From positions 2,016,001-2,080,000 of the forward strand of contig OZ244561.1 of NCBI GenBank assembly GCA_965217585.1: a stretch of DNA of 64,000 nt. Direction: 5' to 3'. The notes beneath the pieces are model-generated. The model was not told the origin of the DNA. It was given only the letters and a program-made list of their open reading frames with translations, and ran no database searches. Both the position numbers and the translations under genes were made by a program. Source of the DNA: Candidatus Latescibacterota bacterium (GTDB lineage Bacteria; Latescibacterota; UBA2968; UBA8231). Below are positions 21,152 to 32,014 of this stretch, in pieces. Each line of letters begins with the position of its first letter. Position 1 is the first letter of the stretch.

Positions 21152-22990
21152 CTAACGGCCCTGTTCCAGACGCGCCGCCTTTTCTTCGTCGTACCACCAA
21201 GTGTAGGGCATGACAAAGTAGTCGCCGGTATAGGGAGCGGAGAAGGCGGGTTTGCCGAATTTGTCCCAGTGGACCACGCGGAAATTGTCGCTGTACCAGT
21301 GCGGGATGGTGTAGTGCCCCCACAGCAATACCCGGTCCAGCGCCCGGGTCGTCGCCACCAGTTCGGCGCGGCTAGGAGCCTCGATCAAGCGATCGACAAG
21401 CGCATCGACGACCGGATCTTTGATGCCGGCGACGTTGCCGCTGCCCGGCTGGTCCGAGACGGCGCTAGTCCAGTTGTTGCGCTGCTCATTGCCGGGGCTG
21501 TGGCTCTGGCCTCGGACTATAACGATGATGTCGTAGTCAAATGTCTGGAGCCTGTTTTGATACTGGGTCTGATCGACGGTGCGGATCGTCGCTTTGACGC
21601 CGAGGCGTTCGAGGTTGGGGAGCATCGGCGCGACAATGCGTTCCCACGACGAGCTGGAGAGCAAAAATTCGATTTTCATGACCTCGCCGGTCTCGGCGTG
21701 GGTCAGGACATCATCGACAACTACCCAGCCCGCCGCTTGCAACAGCTTTTGGGCGGTGCGCAGGTTTTGGCGGACCTGGCCCGAGCCGTCGGTGGCGGGC
21801 GGCTGAAGCTCAGTAGTGAAGAGTTCGTCGGGGATGCGGCCTCGGTACTCCTCTAGGATTTCTAGCTCCCGGCCCGAGGGCAAGCCCGCAGCGGCCAACT
21901 CCGAATTGGCGAAGTAGCTCTTGCTGCGGGTATAGAGACCGTAGAACAAATTCTTGTTGGTCCACTCAAAGTCAAAGGCGTAGCCGAGGGCTTGCCGCAC
22001 TCGGGGATCTGAAAATTTGGCGCGGCGCGTGTTGAACCAAAAAGCCTGCATCCCGGCGGCGCGCCGATGGGGTAGTGGATCCTTGACCAGCTCGCCAGTG
22101 GCTAAGGCCGCTCCCTCGTAGGCTGTTGACCAGTCCTTGGACGAGCTTTCGCGGCGATAGTCGAATTCACCGGCCTTGAGCGCTTCGATAGCCACGGTCT
22201 GGTCGCGGTAGTAGTCAAAGTGGATGCGGTCGAAGTTGAAGCGGCCCTTGTTGACGGGCAGATCGCGGCCCCAGTAATCATCGACGCGCTCGTAGGTTAT
22301 GGAGCGCCCGGCCTCGACCGCGGCAATTCGGTAGGGACCACTACCCAGCGGCGGGTCGAGCGTGGTTTCCTCGAAGTTGCGGCTCTCCCAGTAGTGTTTG
22401 GGCAGGATGGACATCTGACCAGCGATCACCGGCAGTTCTTTGTTGGTCTCTCCACTGAAGATCAACCGGACTTGGCGCGCTGCGACTTTTTCGGCTGTCT
22501 CAATAGCCGCAAAGTAGTTGCGCAGCCCGGGATGCCCCTTGGTCTTATAGGTCTCTAGCGAGAAAATAACGTCCTCGGGGGTTATGGGCCTGCCGTCGTG
22601 CCAGCGCGCCTCCGGCCTCAGGGTGTAGAGTATCCAAGCGTTGTCGGGAGGGACTTCGATGCGCTCGACAAGACGGCCGTATCCGGTGGCGATTTCGTCG
22701 TCGGCGCGTTCGGTGAGGGTGTCGTAGATCAGGCTACCCAGGCGCGGCGGCTCAAGGCCCTTGAGGATATAGGGGTTGAGGTTGTCGAAGGTGCCGATCC
22801 AACCTAAGCGCAGCGTACCGCCCTTCGGGGCGTCGGGATTGGCATATTCAAAATGGGTGAAGTCGGGGCCGTATTTGAGCGTACCGTAGATGGAGATGCC
22901 GTGGCCGACATAGTTGTCGGCACGGGCGGGAAGCGCCGTCAGGATGGCGATTAGAGCGAGCGCGATGCGGCCCTTCAGTTGGACATTCAT
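21152..22990 (-). CDS. yejA: Peptide ABC transporter substrate-binding protein, YejA-like, copy 2
   Basis: [33 protein letters not shown]; signal peptide from MNVQLK. Confidence 0.85.
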   Translation of the reverse strand: MNVQLKGRIALALIAILTALPARADNYVGHGISIYGTLKYGPDFTHFEYANPDAPKGGTLRLGWIGTFDNLNPYILKGLEPPRLGSLIYDTLTERADDEIATGYGRLVERIEVPPDNAWILYTLRPEARWHDGRPITPEDVIFSLETYKTKGHPGLRNYFAAIETAEKVAARQVRLIFSGETNKELPVIAGQMSILPKHYWESRNFEETTLDPPLGSGPYRIAAVEAGRSITYERVDDYWGRDLPVNKGRFNFDRIHFDYYRDQTVAIEALKAGEFDYRRESSSKDWSTAYEGAALATGELVKDPLPHRRAAGMQAFWFNTRRAKFSDPRVRQALGYAFDFEWTNKNLFYGLYTRSKSYFANSELAAAGLPSGRELEILEEYRGRIPDELFTTELQPPATDGSGQVRQNLRTAQKLLQAAGWVVVDDVLTHAETGEVMKIEFLLSSSSWERIVAPMLPNLERLGVKATIRTVDQTQYQNRLQTFDYDIIVIVRGQSHSPGNEQRNNWTSAVSDQPGSGNVAGIKDPVVDALVDRLIEAPSRAELVATTRALDRVLLWGHYTIPHWYSDNFRVVHWDKFGKPAFSAPYTGDYFVMPYTWWYDEEKAARLEQGR

Positions 22991-24807
22991 TTGGATTCTA
23001 AACGCGCTGCTTTTTCCGCGTCCCACCACCAAGTGTCGGGAAAGCCCAGTCCATTGGGGGCCGGCTTTGGCATCCGTCCGAACTTGTTCCAGTAGGCCAA
23101 GCGATAGGAGCGGCTGTGCGAGTCGGGGATTACGTAGTGGCTCCAGAGCAAGATGCGGTCGAGGGCGCGGGTTATCGCGACTTGGGTTGGACGGTCGGGG
23201 GCGGCGATCTGGCGCTCGATCAGCTCGTCGATGACCGGGTCGGCGATGCCGACGTAATTGCGACTACCCGCAGATTGCGCTGCGGTACTCGACCAGAAGT
23301 TGCGCTGCTCATTGCCCGGGCTCAAGGTCTGGCGCCAAGAGGCGACGATGATGTCGAAGTCAAAGTCTTGGACGCGGTTTTGGTACTGGGCCGCGTCCAC
23401 GGTGCGGATAGTTGCCTCAATGCCGAGGCGTTCGAGGTTTTGCACGGTGGGGCTGAGGACGCGCTCGTACGACGAGGACCCGAGCAAGAATTCAAAGCGC
23501 ATTACCTCGTCAGTCTCGGCGTGGATCAGCTTCCCATCGACGACGGTCCAGCCGGCTTCGGTGAGCAGTTTTTTAGCCGTGCGCAAGTTTTGGCGGAGCT
23601 GGCCCGAGCCATTGGTAGCTGGCGGCACATAGGCAGTGGTAAACACCTCGTCGGGGATCCGCCCCCGGTACGCCTCCAAAATTTCCAACTCTCGGCCCGA
23701 GGGCAGCCCCGACGACCCGAGGTCTGAGTTGCCCCAATAGCTGCGGCTGCGGGTGAGAAGACCGTAGAACAGGTTCTTGTTGGTCCACTCAAAATCGTAG
23801 GCGTAGGCGAGGGCCTGCCGCACCTTGGGGTCTTTGAACTTGTCGCGCCGGGTGTTGAAGGCAAAGGCCGACATGCCGCGGATGAGCTGGTGTGGGATCT
23901 GCACCTTGATCATCCGCTCTTCGGCGATCGGCGCAAAGTCCTCGTAGTGGGTGGCCCATTCCTTGGAATTGCTCAACAGGCGATAGTCGTACCCCCCTGT
24001 CTTGAAGGCTTCGATAGCCACGGTCTGGTCGCGGTAGTACTCGTAGCGGATGCGGTCGAAGTTGTGGCGGCCCTTGTGCACGGGCAGGTCGCGGCCCCAG
24101 TAGTCTGCGACGCGCTCGTAGGTAATCGAGCGGCCCGGCTCGAACTCGGCGATCTTGTACGGACCACTGCCCAAAGGCGGCTCCAGCGTGGTGGCGGCGA
24201 ATTCGCGCCCTTGCCAATAGTGCTTGGGCAATACGCGCAACTGGCCGATGATCAGCGGCATTTCGCGGTTGGTGCCTTCTTTGAACTCGAACTTCACCTG
24301 GCGCTCATCGAGGGCGAAGACGGTGTCAACGTCGGCGTAGAAGGTGCGAAAGAACGGGATGCCCTTGGTGGTGAGGATCTCGAAGCTGAAGATCACGTCG
24401 GCCGCGGTCACGGGAACGCCGTCGTGCCAGCGCGCTTCAGGGTGGAGCTCGAAGACGACCCAAGAGCGGTCCTCCGGCATCTGCATCTGCGCGGCGAGTT
24501 GGCCGTATTCGGTGAAAGGCTCGTCCTTGGACTTGGTGCAGAGCCGGTTGTAGAGCATCAGCGAACCGGCGGCGGCGACGCCCTTGAGGGTGAAGGGATT
24601 GAGGTTGTCGTAGGTGCCGATGGCGGCGAGGCGGATTTCGCCGCCTTTGGGGGCATCGGGATTGACGTAGTCGAAATGGGTGAAATCAGGTCCGTACTTG
24701 GGATCGCCGTAGAGCGTGAGGGCGTGGGCGCGGAGAACTGTGCTGTCCGCGGCATAGGCCGCTGAGGCGAGGATAAAGCATAGAACTAGTGAGCGCATGG
24801 TCTGCAT
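22987..24807 (-). CDS. yejA: Peptide ABC transporter substrate-binding protein, YejA-like, copy 1
   Basis: [32 protein letters not shown]; signal peptide. Confidence 0.85.
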   Translation of the reverse strand: MQTMRSLVLCFILASAAYAADSTVLRAHALTLYGDPKYGPDFTHFDYVNPDAPKGGEIRLAAIGTYDNLNPFTLKGVAAAGSLMLYNRLCTKSKDEPFTEYGQLAAQMQMPEDRSWVVFELHPEARWHDGVPVTAADVIFSFEILTTKGIPFFRTFYADVDTVFALDERQVKFEFKEGTNREMPLIIGQLRVLPKHYWQGREFAATTLEPPLGSGPYKIAEFEPGRSITYERVADYWGRDLPVHKGRHNFDRIRYEYYRDQTVAIEAFKTGGYDYRLLSNSKEWATHYEDFAPIAEERMIKVQIPHQLIRGMSAFAFNTRRDKFKDPKVRQALAYAYDFEWTNKNLFYGLLTRSRSYWGNSDLGSSGLPSGRELEILEAYRGRIPDEVFTTAYVPPATNGSGQLRQNLRTAKKLLTEAGWTVVDGKLIHAETDEVMRFEFLLGSSSYERVLSPTVQNLERLGIEATIRTVDAAQYQNRVQDFDFDIIVASWRQTLSPGNEQRNFWSSTAAQSAGSRNYVGIADPVIDELIERQIAAPDRPTQVAITRALDRILLWSHYVIPDSHSRSYRLAYWNKFGRMPKPAPNGLGFPDTWWWDAEKAARLESK

Positions 24808-24970
24808 CAGAATCGTCGTTTAGTGTGAGGGCGATAAAACGGAGAATTAGCGAGTACATAGACCATAAAATTAACCTGAAAAGGCATTTACGGCCACCGA
24901 CACGGTTGGCCGAAGCGCGGCTCTTTCCTATCTTGCCGACCTATAATTCGCTACCCGAGGAGGACTGCCG

Positions 24971-25768
24971 ATGCTGACGCCCAAACAACAAGAGCACTTT
25001 GACGTCTTTGGCTTTCTCTGCCTGCGCCAAGCGTTTTCCCCGGACGAGATGGCCGAGATTACCCAGGCCGCCGACCAAGTGTGGCGCGAGGATCGAGGCG
25101 GCCAACCCGACGACGGCCAGCACCAGGGCCTTGCGCCTTTTGCCGAGCGAAATCCCCGACTTTTAGACTTAGCCGAGGACGACCGCATTTTCCAAGTAGT
25201 CGCCGACCTTTTAGGACCCGATTTCCTGTGGTCGGGATCAGAGGGCAACAAGGAGGGACATACCGAGAAGGGGGAGCACAACTGGCACGCGGATCGGCCG
25301 GGAGCTGCAGAGACCGAGTATCGGCGGCTCAAGGTGATGATTTACCTGACGCCTACCACCAAAGAGCAGGGCGCGCTGCGGGTGATCCCCGGTTCGCACC
25401 GCATGCCCTTCCACGAGTGGTTGTGGCCCTTGCAGGACCATCACTTCAAGGACGGCACGATCGGCGATAGCTTCGGGGCGAGGGGCGAGGACATCCCTTT
25501 CTGCGCGCTGGAAATAATGCCCGGCGACGTGGTCTTTTTTCACCACAGCCTCTTCCACGCGGCCTACGGCAAGTTTCCCGAGCGGCGCTACGTTGCCTTC
25601 AAGTTCGTCACCCGGCCCGACACCGAGGCCAAGCTGCGGTCCATGCAGCGCTACGCAGCCTACGCCTTCGACGTCGATCCGGCACTCCTCGCAAGGCCCC
25701 GGCTACGGTCCATTGCAGAGGATCTGATCGCATTAGGGCAGCAGGCGAAGGCTTTAACAGATCAATAG
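24971..25768 (+). CDS. PhyH-family dioxygenase
   Basis: GAGGAGG SD; HFDVFGFL, WHAD, PGDVVFFHHSLFHA motifs. Confidence 0.88.
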   Translation: MLTPKQQEHFDVFGFLCLRQAFSPDEMAEITQAADQVWREDRGGQPDDGQHQGLAPFAERNPRLLDLAEDDRIFQVVADLLGPDFLWSGSEGNKEGHTEKGEHNWHADRPGAAETEYRRLKVMIYLTPTTKEQGALRVIPGSHRMPFHEWLWPLQDHHFKDGTIGDSFGARGEDIPFCALEIMPGDVVFFHHSLFHAAYGKFPERRYVAFKFVTRPDTEAKLRSMQRYAAYAFDVDPALLARPRLRSIAEDLIALGQQAKALTDQ

Positions 25769-25781
25769 GGCATCTTAGGCG

Positions 25782-25810
25782 TTGACAGGATTCTCCCGTT
25801 CCGCTAGCTT
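25782..25810 (+). promoter_or_regulatory. Putative sigma70 promoter
   Basis: TTGACA-17 bp-TAGCTT upstream of the methyltransferase remnant. Confidence 0.5.
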
Positions 25811-25873
25811 CAAATCCATCCTTTAGTCTGTCCACTTCCAACGCAAACCAATGTGGCTCAGTCAATTAGGAGA

Positions 25874-26192
25874 ATGGGAAATAAGGCGCGGCGGCGGGAA
25901 GTGGCACGCTGCGGTTGTAGAACTTTATGAGGATAGTGGTCGTGAGGCCCACCGAGTGCTGCGCGATCGAGGTGTATTGATCGTAAAGTGTCAAGATGAG
26001 GTCAGCGCGAACCGCCAGAACCTGACCCACGTTGAGATCATCAACGCCTATGCCAAGCTTGGATTCTTCTGCAAAGATCTATTCGTTGTCGTCCGCCCAA
26101 ACAAACCTGGAATGAGCCGCGTTCTCAAACAGGTCCACGCGAGAAAGAACCATTCCTACTTTCTTGTATTCGTAAAGATCCTAATTTTTTGA
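25874..26192 (+). pseudogene. DNA methyltransferase-like C-terminal remnant
   Basis: AGGAGA-ATG at 25874 is out of frame with [20 protein letters not shown]...[12 protein letters not shown], which resembles the segment after the DPPY motif in N4/N6 MTases; the catalytic motif is absent. Confidence 0.6.
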
Positions 26193-26200
26193 AAGACCTC

Positions 26201-26398
26201 TTAGCCTTTGGGCCGACTGCGCTCCTTGGCCTGCTGGAGGATGTTCTTAGCTGTCACGAGGGTTTTTACTGGGCGGGGCACGGCCACTGAGGCCCCCGTC
26301 GTGCCGTGCTTCCATTTCTGGTGCTTGCCGGTGCTCACCCAAGTATAGCCTAGGGCTGTTAGCCGACCCGTAAGCCAGCGATAGTAGTCCTCGCCCAC
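26201..26398 (-). CDS. HicA-like type II toxin
   Basis: 65-aa basic protein: LTALGYTWVSTGKHQKWKH...VAVP...TAKNILQQA. Confidence 0.7.
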   Translation of the reverse strand: MGEDYYRWLTGRLTALGYTWVSTGKHQKWKHGTTGASVAVPRPVKTLVTAKNILQQAKERSRPKG

Positions 26399-26399
26399 G

Positions 26400-26774
26400 C
26401 TAGGCTAGTGCCCTGTCGCGGCTACCGCCTCGCTCTACTTGCACGGGCTCCGCAACAGGGATGTCGGGCATCGGCAAGACTTGGCCGGTGGAGTCCATAT
26501 GGTTGTCCCGCAACAGGTCGGGCGCCATGTCGAGGATGACTTTCCTGAACTCGTCGAGCGTCGCGGCCTCGATAAACAGGCCCTCGACCTCGGTGTACGC
26601 AGTATAAAAGACCTGCGCCTTCTCGTGCCAAGCAGGCTCCACGCGGAAGGAGCCTAGGTCGCTCGCCACTTGGAAGGCTCCGACCTTCTCGTCCCAAGCA
26701 ACGGATACGTTCTGGTCGCTCGCGTCATATTCTAGTGTTCTGTTCATGTCGTCTCTTTCGGAAGACATTTCCAT
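26400..26774 (-). CDS. DUF1902/HicB-like antitoxin
   Basis: AWHEKAQVFYTAYTEVEGLFIEAATLDEFRKVILDMAPDLL; 1 bp from the hicA start. Confidence 0.7.
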   Translation of the reverse strand: MEMSSERDDMNRTLEYDASDQNVSVAWDEKVGAFQVASDLGSFRVEPAWHEKAQVFYTAYTEVEGLFIEAATLDEFRKVILDMAPDLLRDNHMDSTGQVLPMPDIPVAEPVQVERGGSRDRALA

Positions 26775-26873
26775 AATCAGCCTTCATATATGGGGAAGGC
26801 AAAGGTACGGCATTGAAATGCAGTTGGCAAAAAACGCACCTTATCGTCGTCATCGCGAGCGTTCTTGCATTCC

Positions 26874-27956
26874 CTATACCGACGGCAATTGCGGCACCAC
26901 TTGATTGGCGAGCAGGTCCATCGAGCGCTCCCATAGCGGCCGGTCGTCCCAGTCGTGGGCGATCATCAGCAGCGTGTCAAAGCCTCCGGTCGTCTCCCAC
27001 AAGCCCGCTAGCTGATCCACGCACGATTGCACGTCGCCTATTATGCACAGATTCCTGATCAGATACTCGGGCGTGACCTCCTCGTCGGGAACGTCCGGAT
27101 CGTGCTTTGTAATGTGGAGCATTTTAGCGCCGCTGAGTACGGCGATCAGGTATTCATAGGCGCGGCTGAAAGCACTTTTCTCGTCGAGGGCGTAGTCCCA
27201 AGCGCGCGCTTCGTCATCGGCGACGAGGATACTGCGCGAGATGCGCCAGCGAGTGCGCTCGGGCGCGGGCAAACCAGCCTCGGTGGCCCCGGCGCTGTAG
27301 GTCTGCCAGTGCTGGGTCAAAGTCGTATCAGCGACGAGGTTGGTGCTGATGGGCAGATAGCCCCGCTGGCCGGCCATGGTCGCGGCCATGGAGTCGCCTC
27401 TTATCACGCTCATGCCAATGGGCGGGTGCGGCTGCTGGTAGGGCTTGAGCAGTTCGCCGATGCCGAGTTCGGGTTGCGGCTCCTCAATTTTGATGCGGTA
27501 GAAATCCCCCGCAAAATCAAAGGGGGCCTCTGCCTGCCAGAGCTTGAGGACCATGTCGATGCTCTCGACAGTCATCAGCCCTTGCGTCTTGGGATCGGGC
27601 AGATCAAAAAGGCCCCAGTCGGTAGCGACGCCGCCCTGGCCGAAACCGCAGTTGAAGCGGCCCTTGGACAGGTGGTCGAGAAAGGCCAGCCGCACCGCAA
27701 CATTGACCGGGTGGTGCTGCGGCATGATGGAGACGCCCGTGCCCAAGCGGATGTTTTGCGTCAGGGGCAGAACGTGGGCGATGAAGAGATCGTTGGACGG
27801 AATCGGCTCCCAAGCGACAGTGTGGTGCTGGCCGATCCAAGCCTCGGTGAAGCCGAGCCGATCGGCGCGGACGACGAACTCGACGTCCTCGGCAAAGCAT
27901 TCGGTGCGGTTTTTTTCCGGGGGATGCAAGGGCATCATAAAGGTGCCGAGTTTCAT
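26874..27956 (-). CDS. LLM-class (luciferase-like) flavin-dependent monooxygenase
   Basis: MKLGTFMMPLHP, GFTEAWIGQHH, LDHLSKGR, PYQQPHPPI. Confidence 0.9.
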   Translation of the reverse strand: MKLGTFMMPLHPPEKNRTECFAEDVEFVVRADRLGFTEAWIGQHHTVAWEPIPSNDLFIAHVLPLTQNIRLGTGVSIMPQHHPVNVAVRLAFLDHLSKGRFNCGFGQGGVATDWGLFDLPDPKTQGLMTVESIDMVLKLWQAEAPFDFAGDFYRIKIEEPQPELGIGELLKPYQQPHPPIGMSVIRGDSMAATMAGQRGYLPISTNLVADTTLTQHWQTYSAGATEAGLPAPERTRWRISRSILVADDEARAWDYALDEKSAFSRAYEYLIAVLSGAKMLHITKHDPDVPDEEVTPEYLIRNLCIIGDVQSCVDQLAGLWETTGGFDTLLMIAHDWDDRPLWERSMDLLANQVVPQLPSV

Positions 27957-28000
27957 GGTAATCCTCCTCTATGGGGAACGTAGATGCACGGCGCTCTGGT

Positions 28001-29335
28001 TCAGTATCCCAACTCCCGCTCCATTTCTCCAACCACATCTGCGATCACCTGCACCACTTCCTCGACCTGTTCTTCACTAATGGTAAAGGGCGGGCTGATG
28101 GCAATGTGGTCGCCGGCGACGCCGTCGATCAACCCAGGCGACCCAGGCATGATGAGTACGCCCTTGGCAAAGGCGCGATTGACGACCGCGGCAGACACGC
28201 CCTGAGCGGGGTCGAAGGGCGTGTGGGTCGCCTTTGCCTTTGCAAACTCCACGCCGGTGAGCAGGCCCTTGCCGCGCACCGCGCTGACTATGGGTGAGTC
28301 CAGCAAGGGCTGCATCTTCTCCAGCATCAGGTCGCCCATCTGCGCGGAGCGAGCGACTAGGTCGTGGTCCTCGATATAGTCCTGCACGGCGAGGGCAACG
28401 GCGCAGGAGAGCGGATTGCCGCCGTAGGTGTGCCCGTGGACGTAGTGGTTCTGCTTTTTGTAGATCCCGTCGTAGATCTCGTCGCGGACCAAGGTCGCGG
28501 CAATCGGCGTGTACCCGCTACTGAGTCCCTTGCCGGTGGCCAAGATGTCTGGAATGGCGTCCCAGTGCTCAATGCCGAAATTGAGACCCGTGCGTCCGTA
28601 GGCGGTGACGACTTCGTCGATGATCATCAGGATATTGTAGCGGTCGCAGATCGCGCGGATGGTAGGGAAGTAGTCGGGCGGCGGCATCAGGCCGCAACAA
28701 GAAGTGCCCGAGATCGGCTCGGCGATGAAGGCGGCGATGTACTCGCTGCCCTCCTGTTTGATGACCCGCTCCAACTCTTCGGCGCAGGCCAGCGTACAGG
28801 CGGGTCGGTCCTGGCAGTACGGGCAGTGATCTGGGTGGGGGAAGGTGATGTGCGGGAAGTCGAGCAGGTAGGGCACGTAGTCTTCGCGCCAAGTGGAGCG
28901 TCCCGACATGGAAAGCGCGCCGATGGTGTTGCCGTGCCAGCTCTGCCAGCGAGTGATGACTTTGTACTTCTTCGAGTTGCCGGTCTCGACGTGATACTTG
29001 CGGGCGATCTTGAGCGCGGCCTCCGTGGCTTCAGAGCCGCCGGAGACAAAGAAGACGCGGTTGAGGTCGCCGGGGGCCATGGCGGCAAGTTTGTCGGCGA
29101 GATCGATTTGCGGCTGGGTGAGGAAGCGGGCGTAGGTAAAGCAGACCTTGTTCGCCTGCTCCTGCATGACTTCAGCTATCTCCGGGACGCCATGGCCAAT
29201 GGAGACCACGTGGACGCCGGCGCAGGCATCGAGGTAGGCGCGGCCGTCTTCGGCGTAGAGGTAGCAGTCTTTGCCGTGGGAAATCTGCGGCCAGTTGTCG
29301 GTAATGACGCGGTGGAAAATGCGGTCGGTGGTCAT
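28001..29335 (-). CDS. Class III PLP aminotransferase
   Basis: Start MTTDRIF; FIAEPISG, IIDEVVTAYGRTG, ATGKGLSSGY, HGHTYGGNP. Confidence 0.92.
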   Translation of the reverse strand: MTTDRIFHRVITDNWPQISHGKDCYLYAEDGRAYLDACAGVHVVSIGHGVPEIAEVMQEQANKVCFTYARFLTQPQIDLADKLAAMAPGDLNRVFFVSGGSEATEAALKIARKYHVETGNSKKYKVITRWQSWHGNTIGALSMSGRSTWREDYVPYLLDFPHITFPHPDHCPYCQDRPACTLACAEELERVIKQEGSEYIAAFIAEPISGTSCCGLMPPPDYFPTIRAICDRYNILMIIDEVVTAYGRTGLNFGIEHWDAIPDILATGKGLSSGYTPIAATLVRDEIYDGIYKKQNHYVHGHTYGGNPLSCAVALAVQDYIEDHDLVARSAQMGDLMLEKMQPLLDSPIVSAVRGKGLLTGVEFAKAKATHTPFDPAQGVSAAVVNRAFAKGVLIMPGSPGLIDGVAGDHIAISPPFTISEEQVEEVVQVIADVVGEMERELGY

Positions 29336-29524
29336 GGAGCCGTCCTTTGTATGTAGTAATGGCAAGGCACTCAAGATACAAAGTCCCAAGAGGCCAGCAT
29401 AGGGCGCGGCCGATTTTGGCGCGTTGCAAGGGTGCAACTCGCTCAATATCTCGATATGTTTCTCTACAAGCTCGCATTTATGGGATAACCCCTGTGGTCG
29501 TCCTTTGTTTGGATAGGCACAAAG

Positions 29525-31717
29525 GTGAGATTGCAAAAAAAATGTAGGCGAGTGCTGGCGGCGTGGCTGCTATCGGCGGGCGTGGCACAGGCGGCGACCC
29601 TGAGCGGCTTTGTCACCGATGCCGACAACGGCGAAGCCCTGAGCCGCGCCGCGGTCGCGGTGGAAGGGCTTCCGCTCGGGGCGGTCAGCAATAACAGCGG
29701 CTACTACGCGGTCAAACAAGTACCGGCTGGCACGCACGTGGTGAGCGCGTCGCACATAGGCTACCAGACCCGGTGGGACACGCTGCGCTTTGGCGCAGAC
29801 GAGATCGTGCGGCTCAGCTTGGCGCTGGTGTCCAAGCCGGTGGACATGGGCGAAGAGGTCTCGGTGGAAGCCGAGCGCATCAGCCTCCGCGCCAAGCCGG
29901 TGCAGCAGTTGCCCGCCCTCGGCGAGGCCGATCTCTTGCGCAGCTTACAGCTACTGCCGGGCATCCAAGCGGTTTCGGATATCAGCAGCGGCTTGTACGT
30001 GCGCGGCGGCGGCCCCGGTCAGACAGCCATCCTCCTCGACGACATTCCGCTGTACAATCCTTCCCACCTCTTCGGCCTCTTCTCGACCTTTAATCCAGAC
30101 GCCATCAAGAAGGTCGATCTGTACAAGGGAGCCTATCCCGCTCCGTATGGCCGCACGCTCGGGGCAGTGCTCGACGTGAGCAACCGCGAGGGCAACCGCA
30201 AGCGAACTAGCGGGCGTGGCGGCGTGAGCCTAATTTCGGGGCGCTTGCTCACCGAGGGACCAGTCGGGCAGGGGTCGTGGATGCTAGCCGGTCGCCGCAC
30301 CTACCTAGAACCCGTGCTCAGCGTCATCCGCTCCCGTGGGGTGGACATCCCACTGGACTATCACTTCTACGACTTCAACGGCAAAGTCAACCAGCGGTGG
30401 GGCGACGACACCTTTACAGTGAGCACGTACTGGAGCCAAGACGACCTGCGGCTTGACCTAGAAGACGACGAAGAGTCTTTCGTCGATCTGCGCTGGGGCA
30501 ACCGCGCCCTGACCGCGCGCTGGACGCACATATTCTCGCCGGCCCTGTTCGGCCATTTCATGGCCGCCGGCTCGTCGTACGAAAGCATCATCGCGCTCCG
30601 TTTTCTCGACGCGCCCGTCCGCATCGCCAACAGCATCCGCGACCTGTCGCTCAAAGGCGACTTGGATTACTTCGCCAACCGCCATCACACGCTTTCTTTG
30701 GGATTTTTGGCCACCCTATTTGAGTTTCACTTTGCCCGGTCTTTCAACGAGCGGACTCAGCTCGACTTGCGCCAAGAGCCGGTGCTGTTGGAAGGCTATG
30801 TGCAGGACGAGTGGCGGGTCGGGCCGACTACGCGGGTGCAACTGGGCGGGCGGGGGACGTACTTCAGCGCAGGGTGCTGTCCGTCCTCCGAATGGGGGAC
30901 GCACCGCTGGCACTTCGCACCGCGGCTGGCTCTGAGTCAGGCGTTGAGCGACAAAGTCCAGGTCAAAGCCGCTGGCGGGGTGTATCGCCAACACCTGCAA
31001 CTGATCACCACTGAGGCCTTCAGCGGCGGCGATTTCTGGGTGCCGCTCGACAACACCGTCGAGCCGGGGCGATCCTATCAGGCCGTCACTGGCGTCGAGT
31101 GGACCCCTTCGCAGCGCTACCAGCTTTCCGTGGAGGCCTATTACACGGACCTTGCCAACCTAGTGACAGTGGATACCGAGGTGGCTGATGACAACGAGGC
31201 CACGCACTCGGACGCGGTATTCAACAGCAACGGCACGGGCTGGGCGAGCGGGATAGAGGTATTTTGGCAGCGGCGCACCGGCGCGCTCACCGGGTGGGTC
31301 GGCTACGCGCTGAGTTGGACGCGGCGGACATTCCCCGAACTCAATGCCGGCCGGCCCTTTCCCCCCAAGCACGACCGCCGCCACGACCTGTCTTTTGTCG
31401 CCTCCTACAAGGTGGGTGCCTGGCGATTCGGCGCGAACTTGGCGTACGCCACCGGACAGGCATTTACGCCGGTCTCCGAGACCCCTGCCCAGCTCAACAG
31501 CGCCCGCCTGTTGCCCTATCACCGCCTCGATGTCAGCGCCAGCCGGTCGTTCGAGCTGTGGAGAGCCGACAGCGAGTTGTACGTGCAGATATTCAATGTG
31601 TACAGCCGCCGCAACGAGTGGTTTGTGCAGCTTGATTCGGTCGAGCCCGAAGTCGATCCACAAAAGATCAAACAATTGCCCATAATCCCCACCCTGGGCT
31701 TCAACTTCGCCTTTTAG
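29525..31717 (+). CDS. TonB-dependent receptor with N-terminal carboxypeptidase-like domain, copy 1
   Basis: Signal peptide, [14 protein letters not shown] plug motif, LYKGAYPA, C-terminal Phe. Confidence 0.88.
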   Translation: MRLQKKCRRVLAAWLLSAGVAQAATLSGFVTDADNGEALSRAAVAVEGLPLGAVSNNSGYYAVKQVPAGTHVVSASHIGYQTRWDTLRFGADEIVRLSLALVSKPVDMGEEVSVEAERISLRAKPVQQLPALGEADLLRSLQLLPGIQAVSDISSGLYVRGGGPGQTAILLDDIPLYNPSHLFGLFSTFNPDAIKKVDLYKGAYPAPYGRTLGAVLDVSNREGNRKRTSGRGGVSLISGRLLTEGPVGQGSWMLAGRRTYLEPVLSVIRSRGVDIPLDYHFYDFNGKVNQRWGDDTFTVSTYWSQDDLRLDLEDDEESFVDLRWGNRALTARWTHIFSPALFGHFMAAGSSYESIIALRFLDAPVRIANSIRDLSLKGDLDYFANRHHTLSLGFLATLFEFHFARSFNERTQLDLRQEPVLLEGYVQDEWRVGPTTRVQLGGRGTYFSAGCCPSSEWGTHRWHFAPRLALSQALSDKVQVKAAGGVYRQHLQLITTEAFSGGDFWVPLDNTVEPGRSYQAVTGVEWTPSQRYQLSVEAYYTDLANLVTVDTEVADDNEATHSDAVFNSNGTGWASGIEVFWQRRTGALTGWVGYALSWTRRTFPELNAGRPFPPKHDRRHDLSFVASYKVGAWRFGANLAYATGQAFTPVSETPAQLNSARLLPYHRLDVSASRSFELWRADSELYVQIFNVYSRRNEWFVQLDSVEPEVDPQKIKQLPIIPTLGFNFAF

Positions 31718-31724
31718 GCCCCAT

Positions 31725-31754
31725 CGTAGGGGCGACCGGCCGGTCGCCCCTACG
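31725..31754. repeat. GTAG-type REP-like palindrome
   Basis: Perfect palindrome CGTAGGGGCGACCGGCCGGTCGCCCCTACG directly after the stop codon. Confidence 0.8.
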
Positions 31755-31833
31755 CGACGTGTTGGAATCCATCCTACCGCCCGACCTCTATCCCCAATTC
31801 TACGGTGACAATTGTCCATTATTTGTCTATATA

Positions 31834-31929
31834 ATTATGCCCTCCGACGATCTGCTGCACTACTTTCAGGACGATCTGGTCCTGGAGGCGCAGTGGCGGG
31901 TCGATGGCCGGCATTACGCCCGCACGGCC
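31834..31929 (+). pseudogene. Fragment of a cyclopropane-fatty-acid synthase-like SAM methyltransferase
   Basis: [32 protein letters not shown] resembles an internal segment of this family. Confidence 0.6.
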
Positions 31930-32014
31930 TATACGGAGGGGGTAGCAGCCAAGCGGGTTTAGGGGGTTAAAAGGAAATGGTAAGTATCGCACTATTGTTT
32001 TAAACGGAGAGAGA

